Shown one piece after another: positions 30,201 to 40,620 of a stretch of 64,000 nucleotides of DNA. The notes under the pieces were generated by a model. The model was not told the DNA's origin and searched no databases. It saw only the letters and a list, made by a program, of their open reading frames with translations. The DNA is from an uncultured candidate division Zixibacteria bacterium (GTDB lineage Bacteria; Zixibacteria; MSB-5A5; GN15; FEB-12). The DNA is taken from contig CAVTJJ010000006.1 in the NCBI GenBank assembly GCA_963735035.1, forward strand, positions 256,001 to 320,000. Direction: 5' to 3'. The position numbers were made by a program, and so were the translations under genes. Position 1 is the first letter of the stretch. The number at the start of each line of letters is the position of its first letter.

Positions 30201-33200
30201 ACCGTCCCCCCATCCCGGAATCGATGTGGACCCCCGAGTTGAAGGCGAAGGTTGATGACGTCAACAACTGGGAGCATTATGAATGGGTCAACGGCACCGA
30301 GGGCAATATCGATGATGACGCCGTACAGGGCATCCCGGACCGCGAAGCTCTAAGCGGTTCTCCGGAACAAAACAACGCCTATTTCACCTTCTCGCTGTTA
30401 CTGAATCCGGACCCGAGTCCCACCGATTCTTTTCTGGTGGCTGAATCAGAGCGCAACGGCTGGTACACTTATCGTGTGCCGATCCGTGATCCTGGAGTAC
30501 TAACGACGGTCTCAGAGGGAGGGCTTCCAGTAAGCTGGTCAACCGTGAATCAGGTTCGCGTTTGGTTTGAACAGGACAAGACTCAGGCTGACAGCATGCA
30601 AGATATGGATTCGGTCTTGATCGCGGACTGGGGTTTTGTGCAGTCGAACTGGTCCGATACCCTGCTGACCACGGGTAACGATCCAATGAGCAAGTTCTTT
30701 GTAGCATCGGTCTCGGAAGACAACGGCACCTTTATACCTCCGCCCGGCGTGAAAGCATTCGTTGACAAGGTTAATAATGTCACGGAGTCTCAGCGCGGCC
30801 TGGGGTTGATATTCCAGAATTTTCGGAAAGGAGCTGAGGGTATCAGCCGCAAAGACCTCCTGACGGCCGAATCTTATTCCGGATATCGCACCCTTCAGAT
30901 GTACGTCCACGGCGATTCTGCACTCAATTTGACGGACAGTGTCATGCTCTATTTCCGGCTGGGGCGCGACAGCGCGAACTACTACGAATATCGCGGATTT
31001 GTAGAAGCCGGATGGTCGGAGCAGAACAACGTCGTCATAGACTTCAACGAGATGACAGCGCTCAAGGATAAGGCTGAGCAGGCCGCCAAGAGTTCCAAGA
31101 AGCCGATCGAAGACTCCACCGCGACTTATCGAGTGGTTGGCCGGCCGAATATCAACGAAGTGCTGTTTATGTCAGCCAGCATCAGGAACCTGGGTGAGAC
31201 CGCAGTAACGGGCGAAATCTGGCTGGATGAGCTGAGGGTGACCGATGTTCGGAAGGATGTCGGCACGGCCGCCCGCGTGACGGTCAATGGCTCGCTTTCA
31301 GATCTGATAACATATGGTGGCACGTATGAGCACAAGGATGCCTATTTCCGCGGTCTGGCCCAGGCCACGCGTGGAGGTTCTGTCGACAACCTGGGCAGCG
31401 GAAGTGAGTCGAACGATTTCAGTGTAAGCACAACCCTGAACGTGAACCGCTTCCTGCCGCGTTCGTGGGGCGCCCGACTGCCGGTCACCTACACGTACGC
31501 GGAAGCCGAAAGCGTACCGCTTCTCAGAAACAACTCCGACATTATTCTCCCGCCTGAAACCAGACAGGCGGAGAAGAGTACTACTCGGGCGGTAAAGGTC
31601 TCGGCCAATGAGTCTTTCACTCGCAAGGGCGGCGGATTGCTCTTTGACGCCTTTCTCAATCGCCAGAAGATTTCCGGCTCCTATTCAAGATCGCGTCAGA
31701 AGACCGTAAACAATCCGTTCATTTTCGCCGAGAGCTACAATTTCAAAGGCGATTTCGATATGGGGGTGATCAAGCCACCCGAGGCGCCGATCTTCTTCTT
31801 CACGAAATCCGTGCCGGTGCTCAAGAAGATCGCGGAGTCAAAGCTGGCGTTTTATCCTCGGAAATGGTTGTGGAGCGCGACGTTCAATCGGTCCTTGTCC
31901 GCCAAGGATGATATTGATTTCAATCGGACCTCGTCGTTCAGTCGCACCTTTGACGGGCGCATGGACCTGTCATACCAAATGTTCCCGAACCTTTCTTTCG
32001 ACTACGGTATGGCAACCAAACGCGATATGACCGATCCGTCGCTCGTCCGCATTTCGTTCCGCAATCCCATGCTTGGTCTCGAGAACAATTACAATGAGTC
32101 GTTCAAAGCATCGTATGATCCCAAGCTCTTTGAATTCCTTACCGGAACGTACGCCTATTCGTCCAGTTACAGCGACAATTTTGAGAGGAGCACCCGCACC
32201 CGATCGACTTCGCTCACTACGGGCTGGTCTATCGGTGGCGAGTTCCGACACCAGTTGCTTTTTGGCAGCCGAAAGGCCACGGTAAAAGGCCGCGGCGAAT
32301 CGGCTCGGGGAACGGTACGGGGAGGAGTTCGCACTGAAGACGCTGAAGCCAAGAAGGCGGGCAAGCCCTTCTATGATCCTCTGGTTCGTGGAATGCGTTT
32401 CCTGACAGGATGGCTCATGCCGGTGCGATACCAGCACACCGAAGGGTTTACCCGATCCATCCCCGGAGTGAAAAGCCGATTGCCTTGGAAATACCGCTTT
32501 GGTTTCGATAAGATGGCCGAGTTCCCGATGTCCGGTTCCAGTCGCAATCCGTCCGCCGGCGAGACGCAGAACTGGGAATTGGGGTCAGGCTTCACGCTTC
32601 TGGGAGGTATTACGACCACGGTGTCGTACAAGACCAACTTCCAGCAGACCCTTACGTCGGTGGGCACCGACCGCACCAAGTCAACCACCACCTCTTTCCC
32701 AGAGCTTTCAATTCAGATCAGGCGGTTTACCAAGATGCCGCTGATCAAGAAGTACCTCAACTGGTTTATCGATATCTTCTCTCCTCGTACAGCGTACTCT
32801 CGTCAGGTCAAGAAGGTAGACAACCTTGACCGGAACTTCACGGTCAGCCGAGGCGAGAGTATTAGCCGAAGTCCGCTCTTATCGTTGAATTTGAAAATCT
32901 TCGACCGTCTGTCGCTTTCAAGTTCATACGGCATTATCCGGTCTCTGGATGAAAAGTCAAACTCCTCGACGGGTAAACCGGAAATCAGAACACGCAATGT
33001 CAAGAAGACTATCGGTGTCACCTCAAAGTATTCTTTCTCGGCGCCGACTGGCGTCTCGATTCCGCTGCTGGGGAAGATAAAGTTCAAATCGATGGTATCG
33101 ATTGACATGTCGGTTCAGTATTCTTCCAACCTGGTTGAAAATTCCAAACTGGACGGCTTGTGGGTGCCGTTTACCAATACCTCTAGTTTCTCGGCCTCGC

Positions 33201-33334
33201 CTGTAATTTCCTATACCTTCTCCAATCAGCTCCGTGGCGGTCTGACGGCTCGCTGGCAGGACACCAATGATGTTCTGCGTCATAGAAAGAGCCACGTCCG
33301 CGAAATCCAAATATGGACCGAGCTCCATTTCTAG
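27230..33334 (+). CDS. sprA: T9SS outer-membrane translocon SprA/Sov-like protein
   Basis: 2034 aa; LEAGNTTL, GLFGLKAEAKLG, EGSERVLLNG, GNAYIDDFE, GEIWLDELRV motifs; beta-barrel C-terminus ending in F. Exact start uncertain. Confidence 0.88.
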   Translation: MIYPGRLVSVQSHTKALLLFISLFLQAGLVSAQVEEPPAPQPEGVGFQARLNTRSLVVAPYIEPDNRFSVALSPRSYSVLSDQLKYTPTVSERGNFDNNSLSFGMQMHSGVKLVPVSVDAARYFDWRVRTNISERWQSFATNTVTQAQQGSKSEGLSIGVNLPKRFDQMFGEGGANLRVSGYRRISFSGRSQWDDAARSGIRKQSKFPALNMEQISRFSIQGTIGTKISVSVAQDNQTDIPLANRLIIRYKGDDDDVLKTLEAGNTTLNIPNTRFVGYSQQIQGLFGLKAEAKLGNLSFTAIASQEKGSSESATVSASGEENAEYIRDNQYMDGRIFDLAYPGEIGPYDSVQVQVWEEETDTRNPDAKKMYMDIGSSANTYDAQDVLMSQVTGDQYELLYGQDTTYCPVALVFYNGRRRGIGVRIEVTRHLASGARTGVIDTIGYSSADTLETVRIIQSISKDDIPDNPSWRLMWRNCYRIPKNVQIEDIDIKILKGLTGREGTASCLDYQKTETVAQNSYIKILGLDQWNNNQSNSKIPDGKIDDRVEVFRPDWGLVIFPDREPFNSNRVFEDDNKNRTDTLAVKMPNIYRYSSSTQRMENSQYFLQTSTKSRSANIRLGRANVIEGSERVLLNGRPLQKGRDYEISYEMGQVTLLTDDATDPNNDVKVEFQYAPFLALQKKTLLGMRAEYEHSENLRIGTTVLYKSDKAQERKPRVGQETSKAMVNDVDISFGLNPHFITDAIDALPFISAEADSRIKVTAEVAQSRPNPNVEGNAYIDDFESAVELQSIGNVRTNWTLASEPLKIKESTIKNWTRGTIRWHNPPPISKEDVYAGDVAAGQGALQPLRLIFRPHGWEYNGLPDSPCTSVTPARSWGGIMRYFANRIDENRVQLFEIRVKGGRGRLHFDFGKISEDVNGNGKFETEDQSVPPNNSLDVTSGVNEDTGLDLKLDGEEVNACNVGVNSSTNPDPAGDNWWYEYHGKGMGNENRPPIPESMWTPELKAKVDDVNNWEHYEWVNGTEGNIDDDAVQGIPDREALSGSPEQNNAYFTFSLLLNPDPSPTDSFLVAESERNGWYTYRVPIRDPGVLTTVSEGGLPVSWSTVNQVRVWFEQDKTQADSMQDMDSVLIADWGFVQSNWSDTLLTTGNDPMSKFFVASVSEDNGTFIPPPGVKAFVDKVNNVTESQRGLGLIFQNFRKGAEGISRKDLLTAESYSGYRTLQMYVHGDSALNLTDSVMLYFRLGRDSANYYEYRGFVEAGWSEQNNVVIDFNEMTALKDKAEQAAKSSKKPIEDSTATYRVVGRPNINEVLFMSASIRNLGETAVTGEIWLDELRVTDVRKDVGTAARVTVNGSLSDLITYGGTYEHKDAYFRGLAQATRGGSVDNLGSGSESNDFSVSTTLNVNRFLPRSWGARLPVTYTYAEAESVPLLRNNSDIILPPETRQAEKSTTRAVKVSANESFTRKGGGLLFDAFLNRQKISGSYSRSRQKTVNNPFIFAESYNFKGDFDMGVIKPPEAPIFFFTKSVPVLKKIAESKLAFYPRKWLWSATFNRSLSAKDDIDFNRTSSFSRTFDGRMDLSYQMFPNLSFDYGMATKRDMTDPSLVRISFRNPMLGLENNYNESFKASYDPKLFEFLTGTYAYSSSYSDNFERSTRTRSTSLTTGWSIGGEFRHQLLFGSRKATVKGRGESARGTVRGGVRTEDAEAKKAGKPFYDPLVRGMRFLTGWLMPVRYQHTEGFTRSIPGVKSRLPWKYRFGFDKMAEFPMSGSSRNPSAGETQNWELGSGFTLLGGITTTVSYKTNFQQTLTSVGTDRTKSTTTSFPELSIQIRRFTKMPLIKKYLNWFIDIFSPRTAYSRQVKKVDNLDRNFTVSRGESISRSPLLSLNLKIFDRLSLSSSYGIIRSLDEKSNSSTGKPEIRTRNVKKTIGVTSKYSFSAPTGVSIPLLGKIKFKSMVSIDMSVQYSSNLVENSKLDGLWVPFTNTSSFSASPVISYTFSNQLRGGLTARWQDTNDVLRHRKSHVREIQIWTELHF

Positions 33335-33379
33335 GCATTTTGGGTTGACTTGGCCTAAAGCCGAGACCAAATTGCCTGC

Positions 33380-34303
33380 ATGACGCGTGCCATCTGTTCT
33401 GTCTTGGTCGCCGGACTTCTCTGGGTAGGATGCTCGAAGCCGGTTCAATCCCCTGCATTTCAATCAGAAAGAGCCCTGGGATATATCCGTCAACAGGTAG
33501 CTTTCGGTCCCCGTGTTCCGGGAACGGCGGCCTCGGCCCAATGCCGGGACTGGCTCTACAATCATTTCCGAACCCAGGGCCTGGCGGTCGACTCGGAAAA
33601 GTTTCAGCAACTGGATCCGTACACCCGGGTGGACACGCCTATGGTCAATGTTATCGCTAGATATCGCGGGAATCCTTCCGATCCTAAGGCTGTCCTTCTG
33701 TTGGCGCATTACGACTCTCGGCCAAGAACCGACTATGCCTCCGATTCAACGAAGAGGAACCTGCCTATCGACGGCGCCAATGACGGTGGTTCCGGCGTGG
33801 CCGTACTGATGGAGATGGCGAACATGTTTGCCCAGCAAGGGCCGCGCTGTAATGTGGATTTGGTCCTGGTTGACGGCGAGGACTGGGGGAAGAGTGGAGA
33901 CGCGGATTACTATTCACTGGGTGCAAAGGAATTCGCTCGTCAGGGTATCCGCGAGCGCTATCATTTCGCCGTTGTGATCGACATGATCGGTGATGCCTAT
34001 CAACAGATATATCGCGAAGACTATACCGAACGCTTCTACAAACCGATCAACGACATGATCTGGACCGCAGCCGCCGGACTGGGCGTTCGAACCTTCGTGG
34101 ATAGCGTAAGGCACACCGTCATTGATGATCATATTCCGCTTGGCGCCGCGGGTGTACCGACCGCCCTGCTGATTGATTTCGATTACAAGTACTGGCACAC
34201 CGACAAAGACACTCCCGACAAATGTTCGGCCGAGTCGCTTGGCAACGTAGGTCGGGTGCTGGCGTACATTGTTTACAACGAGTCCGTATGGCCGAAAAGA
34301 TAA
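33380..34303 (+). CDS. M28-family peptidase / glutaminyl cyclase-like lipoprotein
   Basis: Lipobox WVGC; FGPRVPGT; AHYDSRP; GANDGGSGVAVL; DGEDWG; DMIG; DDH; WHT. Confidence 0.88.
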   Translation: MTRAICSVLVAGLLWVGCSKPVQSPAFQSERALGYIRQQVAFGPRVPGTAASAQCRDWLYNHFRTQGLAVDSEKFQQLDPYTRVDTPMVNVIARYRGNPSDPKAVLLLAHYDSRPRTDYASDSTKRNLPIDGANDGGSGVAVLMEMANMFAQQGPRCNVDLVLVDGEDWGKSGDADYYSLGAKEFARQGIRERYHFAVVIDMIGDAYQQIYREDYTERFYKPINDMIWTAAAGLGVRTFVDSVRHTVIDDHIPLGAAGVPTALLIDFDYKYWHTDKDTPDKCSAESLGNVGRVLAYIVYNESVWPKR

Positions 34304-35664
34304 TCCACACTCTGCGGGATTTTCCAGCGGTCGAAACCCTGCTTCAGTCTCCCGATCTGGAAGAAGCGCTTAGCCGGATTCCGCGTCCGGTCGGAGCGGA
34401 GATCATAAAGGCAGTAGTGGCGGAGCAAAAGCAGCAGTTTCGTGCCGACAAGGTTGAAGTTACTCATTCGTCGGTGATAGTCGCCATCAATGAAGCCCTG
34501 GCCGATGAAACTTCTGCGCGGCTGACTCGAGTGATCAACGCCACCGGAGTAATCGTGCATACGAACCTGGGACGCGCCCCACTGGCGGCCGAGGTGTTCA
34601 GGCATATAGCAGATTCTGTCGGTGGTTACGGCAACGTCGAATTCGATCTCGGGTCAGGCAAGAGAGGCGGCCGCGGCGCAGCAGCCGAACGTTACCTGGC
34701 GGTTCTGGCTGAGGCCGAAGCCGGCACGGTCGTCAACAACAACGCCGCCGCCCTCTTTGTCATTTTGAACACACTGGCGAACAAGAAGAATGTGGTCATC
34801 TCCCGGGGTGAATTGGTCCAGATAGGTGGCGGTTTTCGCATTCCGGATATTCTGAAACGCTCCGGCGCCAAACTGTCCGAAGTCGGCACGACCAACATTA
34901 CGACGATTAAAGACTATGAGCAGGCGCTCGACGACAAGACCGGTCTCATACTGAAAGTGCACAAGTCTAATTTTGTGCAGGCAGGTTTCACTCAGGAAGT
35001 CGATCTCAAACCGTTGGTGGCCTTGGGAGAAAAGCACGGCGTCCCAGTTGTGAATGACCTCGGCAGTGGCGTATTCGTGTCCACGCGAGAATTGCTGGGC
35101 TACCATGAACCGACTGTCCAGGAGTCAGTGCGCGCCGGAGCGGCTTTGACCTGCTTCTCAGGCGACAAGATGCTCGGCGGAGTGCAGTCGGGACTGATTG
35201 TCGGACGCAGAGACCTGGTGGCGCAGATCAAGAAGAATCCCTTGTTCCGAACGATGCGAGTTGATAAGCTCGTCTTCGCGGTTCTTGAGCATCTCCTCCA
35301 GGCATATCTCGACGGCAAGCATGTCGAGCAGATAAGGCTCTGGCAAATCCTGGCGTGGCCCCTTGACGAACTGCGCAGCATGGCCGCTCAAGTCATAGAA
35401 AAGGCGGGGAAACCGCCGCACGTTTCTATCGAAGCGACTTCGGCTTTTGTCGGCGGAGGGTCTATGCCGGAGCACAGCATTGATTCTATCGGATTAGTCT
35501 TTGCTTCAAGCTACAACGCCGAAAAGTTGATGGCAACATTCAGAGCCGGGTCGCCGCCGATTATCGGTCGCATCGACAACGATAGGTTCATCTTGGATTT
35601 CAAGGCGGTGGATGCAGACGATCTTCTCGTGATAGCCCGCGCCGTCAAGCACGCTCTTAAGTGA
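34288..35664 (+). CDS. selA: L-seryl-tRNA(Sec) selenium transferase
   Basis: VINATGVIVHTNLGRAPL; VVNNNAAA; SRGELVQIGGGFRIPD; EVGTTN; FSGDKMLGG. Confidence 0.96.
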   Translation: MAEKIIHTLRDFPAVETLLQSPDLEEALSRIPRPVGAEIIKAVVAEQKQQFRADKVEVTHSSVIVAINEALADETSARLTRVINATGVIVHTNLGRAPLAAEVFRHIADSVGGYGNVEFDLGSGKRGGRGAAAERYLAVLAEAEAGTVVNNNAAALFVILNTLANKKNVVISRGELVQIGGGFRIPDILKRSGAKLSEVGTTNITTIKDYEQALDDKTGLILKVHKSNFVQAGFTQEVDLKPLVALGEKHGVPVVNDLGSGVFVSTRELLGYHEPTVQESVRAGAALTCFSGDKMLGGVQSGLIVGRRDLVAQIKKNPLFRTMRVDKLVFAVLEHLLQAYLDGKHVEQIRLWQILAWPLDELRSMAAQVIEKAGKPPHVSIEATSAFVGGGSMPEHSIDSIGLVFASSYNAEKLMATFRAGSPPIIGRIDNDRFILDFKAVDADDLLVIARAVKHALK

Positions 35665-35680
35665 AGGGAAGCCGTAGAGG

Positions 35681-37570
35681 ATGATTGTCGTCGGCACCGC
35701 CGGTCATATCGATCACGGCAAGTCATCAATCGTCAAACGGCTGACGGGGACTGACCCCGACCGGCTGCCCGAAGAGAAAGCGCGAGGGATGACTATCGAT
35801 CTCGGCTTCGCCTTCTACAACACCCCCGATAAGCACACTATTGCTCTGATTGACGTTCCCGGTCACGAACGGTTCGTCAAGAACATGATCGCCGGAGCGT
35901 TCGGAATCGATGCTGTCATGCTGGTAGTTGCAGCTGACGATGGCTGGATGCCTCAGTCTGAGGAACATTTCCAAATTACCCGCTTGCTGGGTGTCCGTCA
36001 CGGCGTGGTCGTTATCAACAAGATCGATTTGGTGGAACCTGACTGGCTGGATTTGCTTGAACAGGAACTGAAGAGCAAGCTAGCCGGATCGTTTCTCGAA
36101 GACGCTCCCATCTTCCGAGTCTCGGCCGAGACCGGGGCGGGGTTCGAGAAGCTCGCTGTTTATCTTCGTGAACTGTCATCTCGCCTGGAGTCCCGACGCG
36201 ACATCGGCAAGGCCCGTCTGGCTATCGATCGCTCGTTCATCCGCCCAGGCATGGGAGGTGTCGTGACAGGGACACTTCGAGGCGGGACATTCGCGGTGGG
36301 ACAGACGGTCGGCCTATGGCCGTCGGCCACGACCGCCAAAATACGCACCTTGCAATCCAACGGTCATGATGTAGAATTAGCCGTACCGGGACAGCGAACC
36401 GCCGTGTCACTCACCGGAGTTGATCGTGAGCAACTGGTTCGGGGCGGAGTCATATCGGCTCGAACCGACCTGTCATTCTTTAGCCACCATCCGATTCTCG
36501 CTTTGGAAGTCGAAATGCTGGCTAATGCCGCGGTAGAGCTGGCGGATCGAAGGCGTGTGCTCGCGATTATCGGCACTACCGAGATTGAGGGAGAAGTGCG
36601 ACTGTACGATCGCAAATTGCTTTCTCAAGGCGAGGCTGGCCTCGTGTTCTTCGTACCCGACCATCCGGTTTATGCTCTGACAGGCGACCGCTTCGTGCTC
36701 AGGCTGCCCACTCCGATGCAGACCCTTGGCGGTGGAGCGGTGCTCGATCATTTCGAAACCCTCCCGCGTCGCAAAGAATTTGAGCGATATGCCTACCTGA
36801 AAGATCGGCGGAAGTTGACGCTGGAATCGCTCGTGCAGTCCGAGTTGAAGAAGCGGGTCTTTGTTTCGCGAGAACGGTTGCTCATCGACGCCGACTACTC
36901 TGCGAATGACATCGCTGACACCGTGAGCAGACTTATGAGCGAAAAAGTAGTTGGCGAGTTCGATGGACATTTGTTCTCATCCTCGGATCTCTTGGAAACG
37001 GCCAGGCAGACTGTCGATACGTTCAAAGACGAACTGAGCGATAAGACGCATCTCAAAGGGCTCCCGATCTCGCATCTGGAACGCAAGCTGGCACATCTGG
37101 AGTCGGCGTTGCCGATCTTGCTGAGATACATGGTCCATCGCGGCGAGCTGGAACTCAAGGGTGATTTGTACGATCTTGCGGGGCGTGGGATGAGTCTCAA
37201 AGGAGTGATCAAACAGGCTCACGATGAGATTATTGAAGCTCTCACCAAACAGCGATTTAATCCACCAACGCTCGCTACTCTCGCCGGCGGGGGGAAGGTG
37301 CAGCAGCAAGCGATCAAATACATTATTGAATCCGGCGAGGGGTACAAGTGCGGATCCGATTTTCTTTTTCTCGCCGATGCCTGGAAGGAAATCTTGTCGT
37401 TCGTACGTGACTATTTGAAGAAGAATGAACGCATGTCGGTGGCTGAACTGCGCGACCGTTTCGGCTTCACCCGCAAATTTGGGATTCCCATTCTGGAAGA
37501 ACTCGACCGGTTAGGCATCACCCAGCGCGACGGCGATTTTCGTGTGAAAGGAAAGCGCTTTGAAGAATAA
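35681..37570 (+). CDS. selB: Selenocysteine-specific elongation factor
   Basis: [42 protein letters not shown]-terminal winged-helix [13 protein letters not shown]. Confidence 0.96.
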   Translation: MIVVGTAGHIDHGKSSIVKRLTGTDPDRLPEEKARGMTIDLGFAFYNTPDKHTIALIDVPGHERFVKNMIAGAFGIDAVMLVVAADDGWMPQSEEHFQITRLLGVRHGVVVINKIDLVEPDWLDLLEQELKSKLAGSFLEDAPIFRVSAETGAGFEKLAVYLRELSSRLESRRDIGKARLAIDRSFIRPGMGGVVTGTLRGGTFAVGQTVGLWPSATTAKIRTLQSNGHDVELAVPGQRTAVSLTGVDREQLVRGGVISARTDLSFFSHHPILALEVEMLANAAVELADRRRVLAIIGTTEIEGEVRLYDRKLLSQGEAGLVFFVPDHPVYALTGDRFVLRLPTPMQTLGGGAVLDHFETLPRRKEFERYAYLKDRRKLTLESLVQSELKKRVFVSRERLLIDADYSANDIADTVSRLMSEKVVGEFDGHLFSSSDLLETARQTVDTFKDELSDKTHLKGLPISHLERKLAHLESALPILLRYMVHRGELELKGDLYDLAGRGMSLKGVIKQAHDEIIEALTKQRFNPPTLATLAGGGKVQQQAIKYIIESGEGYKCGSDFLFLADAWKEILSFVRDYLKKNERMSVAELRDRFGFTRKFGIPILEELDRLGITQRDGDFRVKGKRFEE

Positions 37571-39188
37571 GACACTCTTCTATAACGGCCGCATCTTGAC
37601 CCAGGCAGACGGCCTAACAGTCGACTCGATGGCAGTGTCGGGAAATCGTATTGTGGCGGTCGGCAATCGACTTCAACACGATCCCGACTGGCGCGCCTAC
37701 AGCCAGATCGACCTTCGCGGACGAACTGTAATACCCGGACTGGTCGACGCTCACACCCATTTCTACTGGTTCGCTCGCACACTGTCGCAGATATCGTTTG
37801 CCGGAGTCGATTCGCTTGACAAGTGTCTGAAGATGATCAAGGCGTTTTCGGAGAAGTTGCCTCGCGGCCAATGGTTGGTGGGTACCGGCCTATTCCCCGA
37901 TGGCTTCACCCGGTATCATTTGCCTGATCGGTTCATGTTAGACAAAGTGACCGGCGGCCGCCCGGCATTCATCTTCATCAAAGACACTCATTCAGCCTGG
38001 GTCAATAGCAAGGCTTTGGAGTTTGGTGGTATTACCGCCGCCACTCCCGACCCGGCCGGAGGGCATATTGAACATCTGCCTGATGGAACCCCGTCCGGTA
38101 TCCTCCGGGAGGCTCCGACCTACATGAAGCTGTTTCAGTCCATCCCTGCGCTTTCTCCACGAGCAATGGACAAATACTACCATCAGGCGCTGGAGTTCGC
38201 CTATCGCAAGGGTGTGACGGGTGTGCACTCATTCGACGGGCCTGACGGTTTCGCCTATCTGGCCGACCGGGCCGAACGGGGCAAGGTTGGCCTTCGGATC
38301 GAATATTATCCGCCGGGGGAGATGCTGCCTCACTTGGAGAAAACCCGAACACGTTACGGGATGGGCACCGATTTCTTTCGAATTGCCGGAATAAAGCTCT
38401 ACGCCGACGGTGCCCTTGGCAGCCAGACCGCCCTTTGTTTTCGCAAGTATATCGGCAGTAAGAACAACTATGGCATCGAAGTAACGTCCACATCGGACTT
38501 GACCAAAGCGATTCGCCGCGCCGCTCGTCTGGGCCTTCCGAGCGCCATTCACGCCATAGGTGACAAAGCGGTCGCCAACGTGCTGGACGCTTTCGAAGCC
38601 GCCGGGGAGACTCGCATGAAGGGAAAACGGTACCCCACAGCTTGCTGTGGGGACGACCGCCGGTTGCGTCATCGCATCGAACATCTCCAACTGGTGCGTA
38701 GGAAAGACCTGTCGCGCGTGAAACGCCTCGGTATTATCGCTTCCATGCAGCCGTCACATTGCATCGCCGACCTCGATATGGTCCAGAAATACTGGACCGA
38801 CCGGAGCGCCAACGCTTATGTTTTTCGGTCCGTACTAGATAAGAGCGTTCAGTTGGCTTTCGGCTCGGATGCACCGATAGAGTCACTTGATCCTATCGCC
38901 GGCATTGCTGCCGCGGTGCGACGAGCCCGACCGGGCAGCCGGAATGCCTTTCATCCCGAGCAGCGCCTGTATGCCACCGAGGCCCTTCATGCCTACACCG
39001 TAGGACCGGCCTACGCTGCCGGCCAGGAAGAGCGCCGAGGCTTCCTCTTGCCCGGATATCCGGCCGATCTGGCTGTCCTGGATCGCGATATTACCCGGAT
39101 TGCGCCGTCGCGCATTCTGGATACCGAGGTTCTGGCCACGGTTCTGGATGGCCAGGTGCGGTATGCCGATTCATCCTTGAAGTGGTAA
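37560..39188 (+). CDS. Amidohydrolase family 3 (YtcJ-like)
   Basis: PGLVDAHTH; KLYADGALGSQTA; HAIGDKA; RHRIEHLQ; SMQPSH; FGSDAPI. Confidence 0.9.
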   Translation: MKNKTLFYNGRILTQADGLTVDSMAVSGNRIVAVGNRLQHDPDWRAYSQIDLRGRTVIPGLVDAHTHFYWFARTLSQISFAGVDSLDKCLKMIKAFSEKLPRGQWLVGTGLFPDGFTRYHLPDRFMLDKVTGGRPAFIFIKDTHSAWVNSKALEFGGITAATPDPAGGHIEHLPDGTPSGILREAPTYMKLFQSIPALSPRAMDKYYHQALEFAYRKGVTGVHSFDGPDGFAYLADRAERGKVGLRIEYYPPGEMLPHLEKTRTRYGMGTDFFRIAGIKLYADGALGSQTALCFRKYIGSKNNYGIEVTSTSDLTKAIRRAARLGLPSAIHAIGDKAVANVLDAFEAAGETRMKGKRYPTACCGDDRRLRHRIEHLQLVRRKDLSRVKRLGIIASMQPSHCIADLDMVQKYWTDRSANAYVFRSVLDKSVQLAFGSDAPIESLDPIAGIAAAVRRARPGSRNAFHPEQRLYATEALHAYTVGPAYAAGQEERRGFLLPGYPADLAVLDRDITRIAPSRILDTEVLATVLDGQVRYADSSLKW

Positions 39189-39264
39189 ATCGATTTCGTG
39201 GTCTTGTTTTGAATTGACAGTCGGTCGGCGGGTATTCATATTGGATTAACCAAGGAGCTTTTCC

Positions 39265-40608
39265 ATGCGATACTGCGCGACTCTCCGACTGGTGGCCGGT
39301 CTGTTACTGGGGTGCTTTGCGACATCCGTATCAGCCGATTCTTTGCCTGATTCTACAGCCTCGCGGGCGACTACTCCCGCCATTGAGCAACCGGCGCCGA
39401 AATCGCTGGTTTATACCATGTCGATCGAAGGTGCTATCGGTGCGGCTACCGCCGGACGGATTACCGACGCGGTCGAGACCGCTGAAGAAAACGACGCCGA
39501 ACTGCTCGTAATCTTTCTCGATACACCGGGTGGCTTCTCCAACGCTACCTGGGGGATCAATAAGACGATCCTTAACAGCACTACCCCGGTCTGTGTGTAT
39601 ATCGCTCCGCTGGGTGCGACCGCCGGCTCGGCCGGTGTCTATATCACCTATTCGGCCAATTTTGCGGCCATGGCTCCCACCGCCAATATCGGAGCGGCCC
39701 ACCCGGTCGGTTCGGGCGGGGAGAAGATTGACTCGGTGATGAACGAGAAGGTGACCAATGATGCCGCAGCCAAGATTCGCACGATGGCTGAAAAATGGGG
39801 CCGCAACGGCGTATGGGGTGAACGCGCTGTGCGGGAATCGGTCTCGGCGACCGCCAAGGAAGCGCTCGACAGCAATGTGATTAACATCATTGCAGTTGAC
39901 CTGGCCGATCTGCTGAAACAGATCAACGGCCGCGAAACCCAGGTACCGATGGGAAAGAAAATCATGGCGCTTTCCAGTTATAAGATCGAACCGATCGACG
40001 CCACTTTCTCCCAAAAGGTGCTGCAGCTCCTCACTTCGCCCGAGATCGTGCTCCTTCTGTTTTCGATGGGCGGTCTCGGCATCGTAATCGAACTTTACAA
40101 TCCAGGGGCCATTTTCCCCGGCGTGGTCGGCGCCATTTCGCTTATTCTGGCTTTCTACGGTATGCAGACCCTCCCCATCAACGTGGCCGGTCTGGCGCTC
40201 ATTATACTCGCCATTGCCCTGTGGGTGGCCGAGATCAAGATCGTGTCGCACGGACTGCTCTTTGTCGGCGGCCTGGTATCTTTCTTCCTCGGAGGACTTA
40301 TGCTCGTGGATACAGTTGACCCGTCCCTGAAAATCTCAATTTCATTTCTGGTGACCATCACTCTGATTATGGCGGTCCTGTTCGGACTCGTCATCTGGCT
40401 CGTGATCAAAGCCCAGCGACGGAGAATTATGGTCGGCAATGAAGGGATGATCGGCAAGACGGCTACTGCCCGGACTAACGGTCAGGTCTATGTGGATGGT
40501 GCCCTGTGGCGGGCCGAGTGCGATCAGCAACTGGTGTCGGGCGACAAAGTCGAAATCTTCGCCGTAGACAAACTGCTTTTGAAAGTTAGAAAGATTAACT
40601 CGAAATAG
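39265..40608 (+). CDS. nfeD: NfeD-family membrane-bound serine protease (long form)
   Basis: LDTPGG; AGSAGVYI; AMAPTANIGAAHPV; EKVTNDAAA; ELYNPG; C-terminal OB fold. Confidence 0.92.
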   Translation: MRYCATLRLVAGLLLGCFATSVSADSLPDSTASRATTPAIEQPAPKSLVYTMSIEGAIGAATAGRITDAVETAEENDAELLVIFLDTPGGFSNATWGINKTILNSTTPVCVYIAPLGATAGSAGVYITYSANFAAMAPTANIGAAHPVGSGGEKIDSVMNEKVTNDAAAKIRTMAEKWGRNGVWGERAVRESVSATAKEALDSNVINIIAVDLADLLKQINGRETQVPMGKKIMALSSYKIEPIDATFSQKVLQLLTSPEIVLLLFSMGGLGIVIELYNPGAIFPGVVGAISLILAFYGMQTLPINVAGLALIILAIALWVAEIKIVSHGLLFVGGLVSFFLGGLMLVDTVDPSLKISISFLVTITLIMAVLFGLVIWLVIKAQRRRIMVGNEGMIGKTATARTNGQVYVDGALWRAECDQQLVSGDKVEIFAVDKLLLKVRKINSK

Positions 40609-40620
40609 AGGAGTGCAGAG

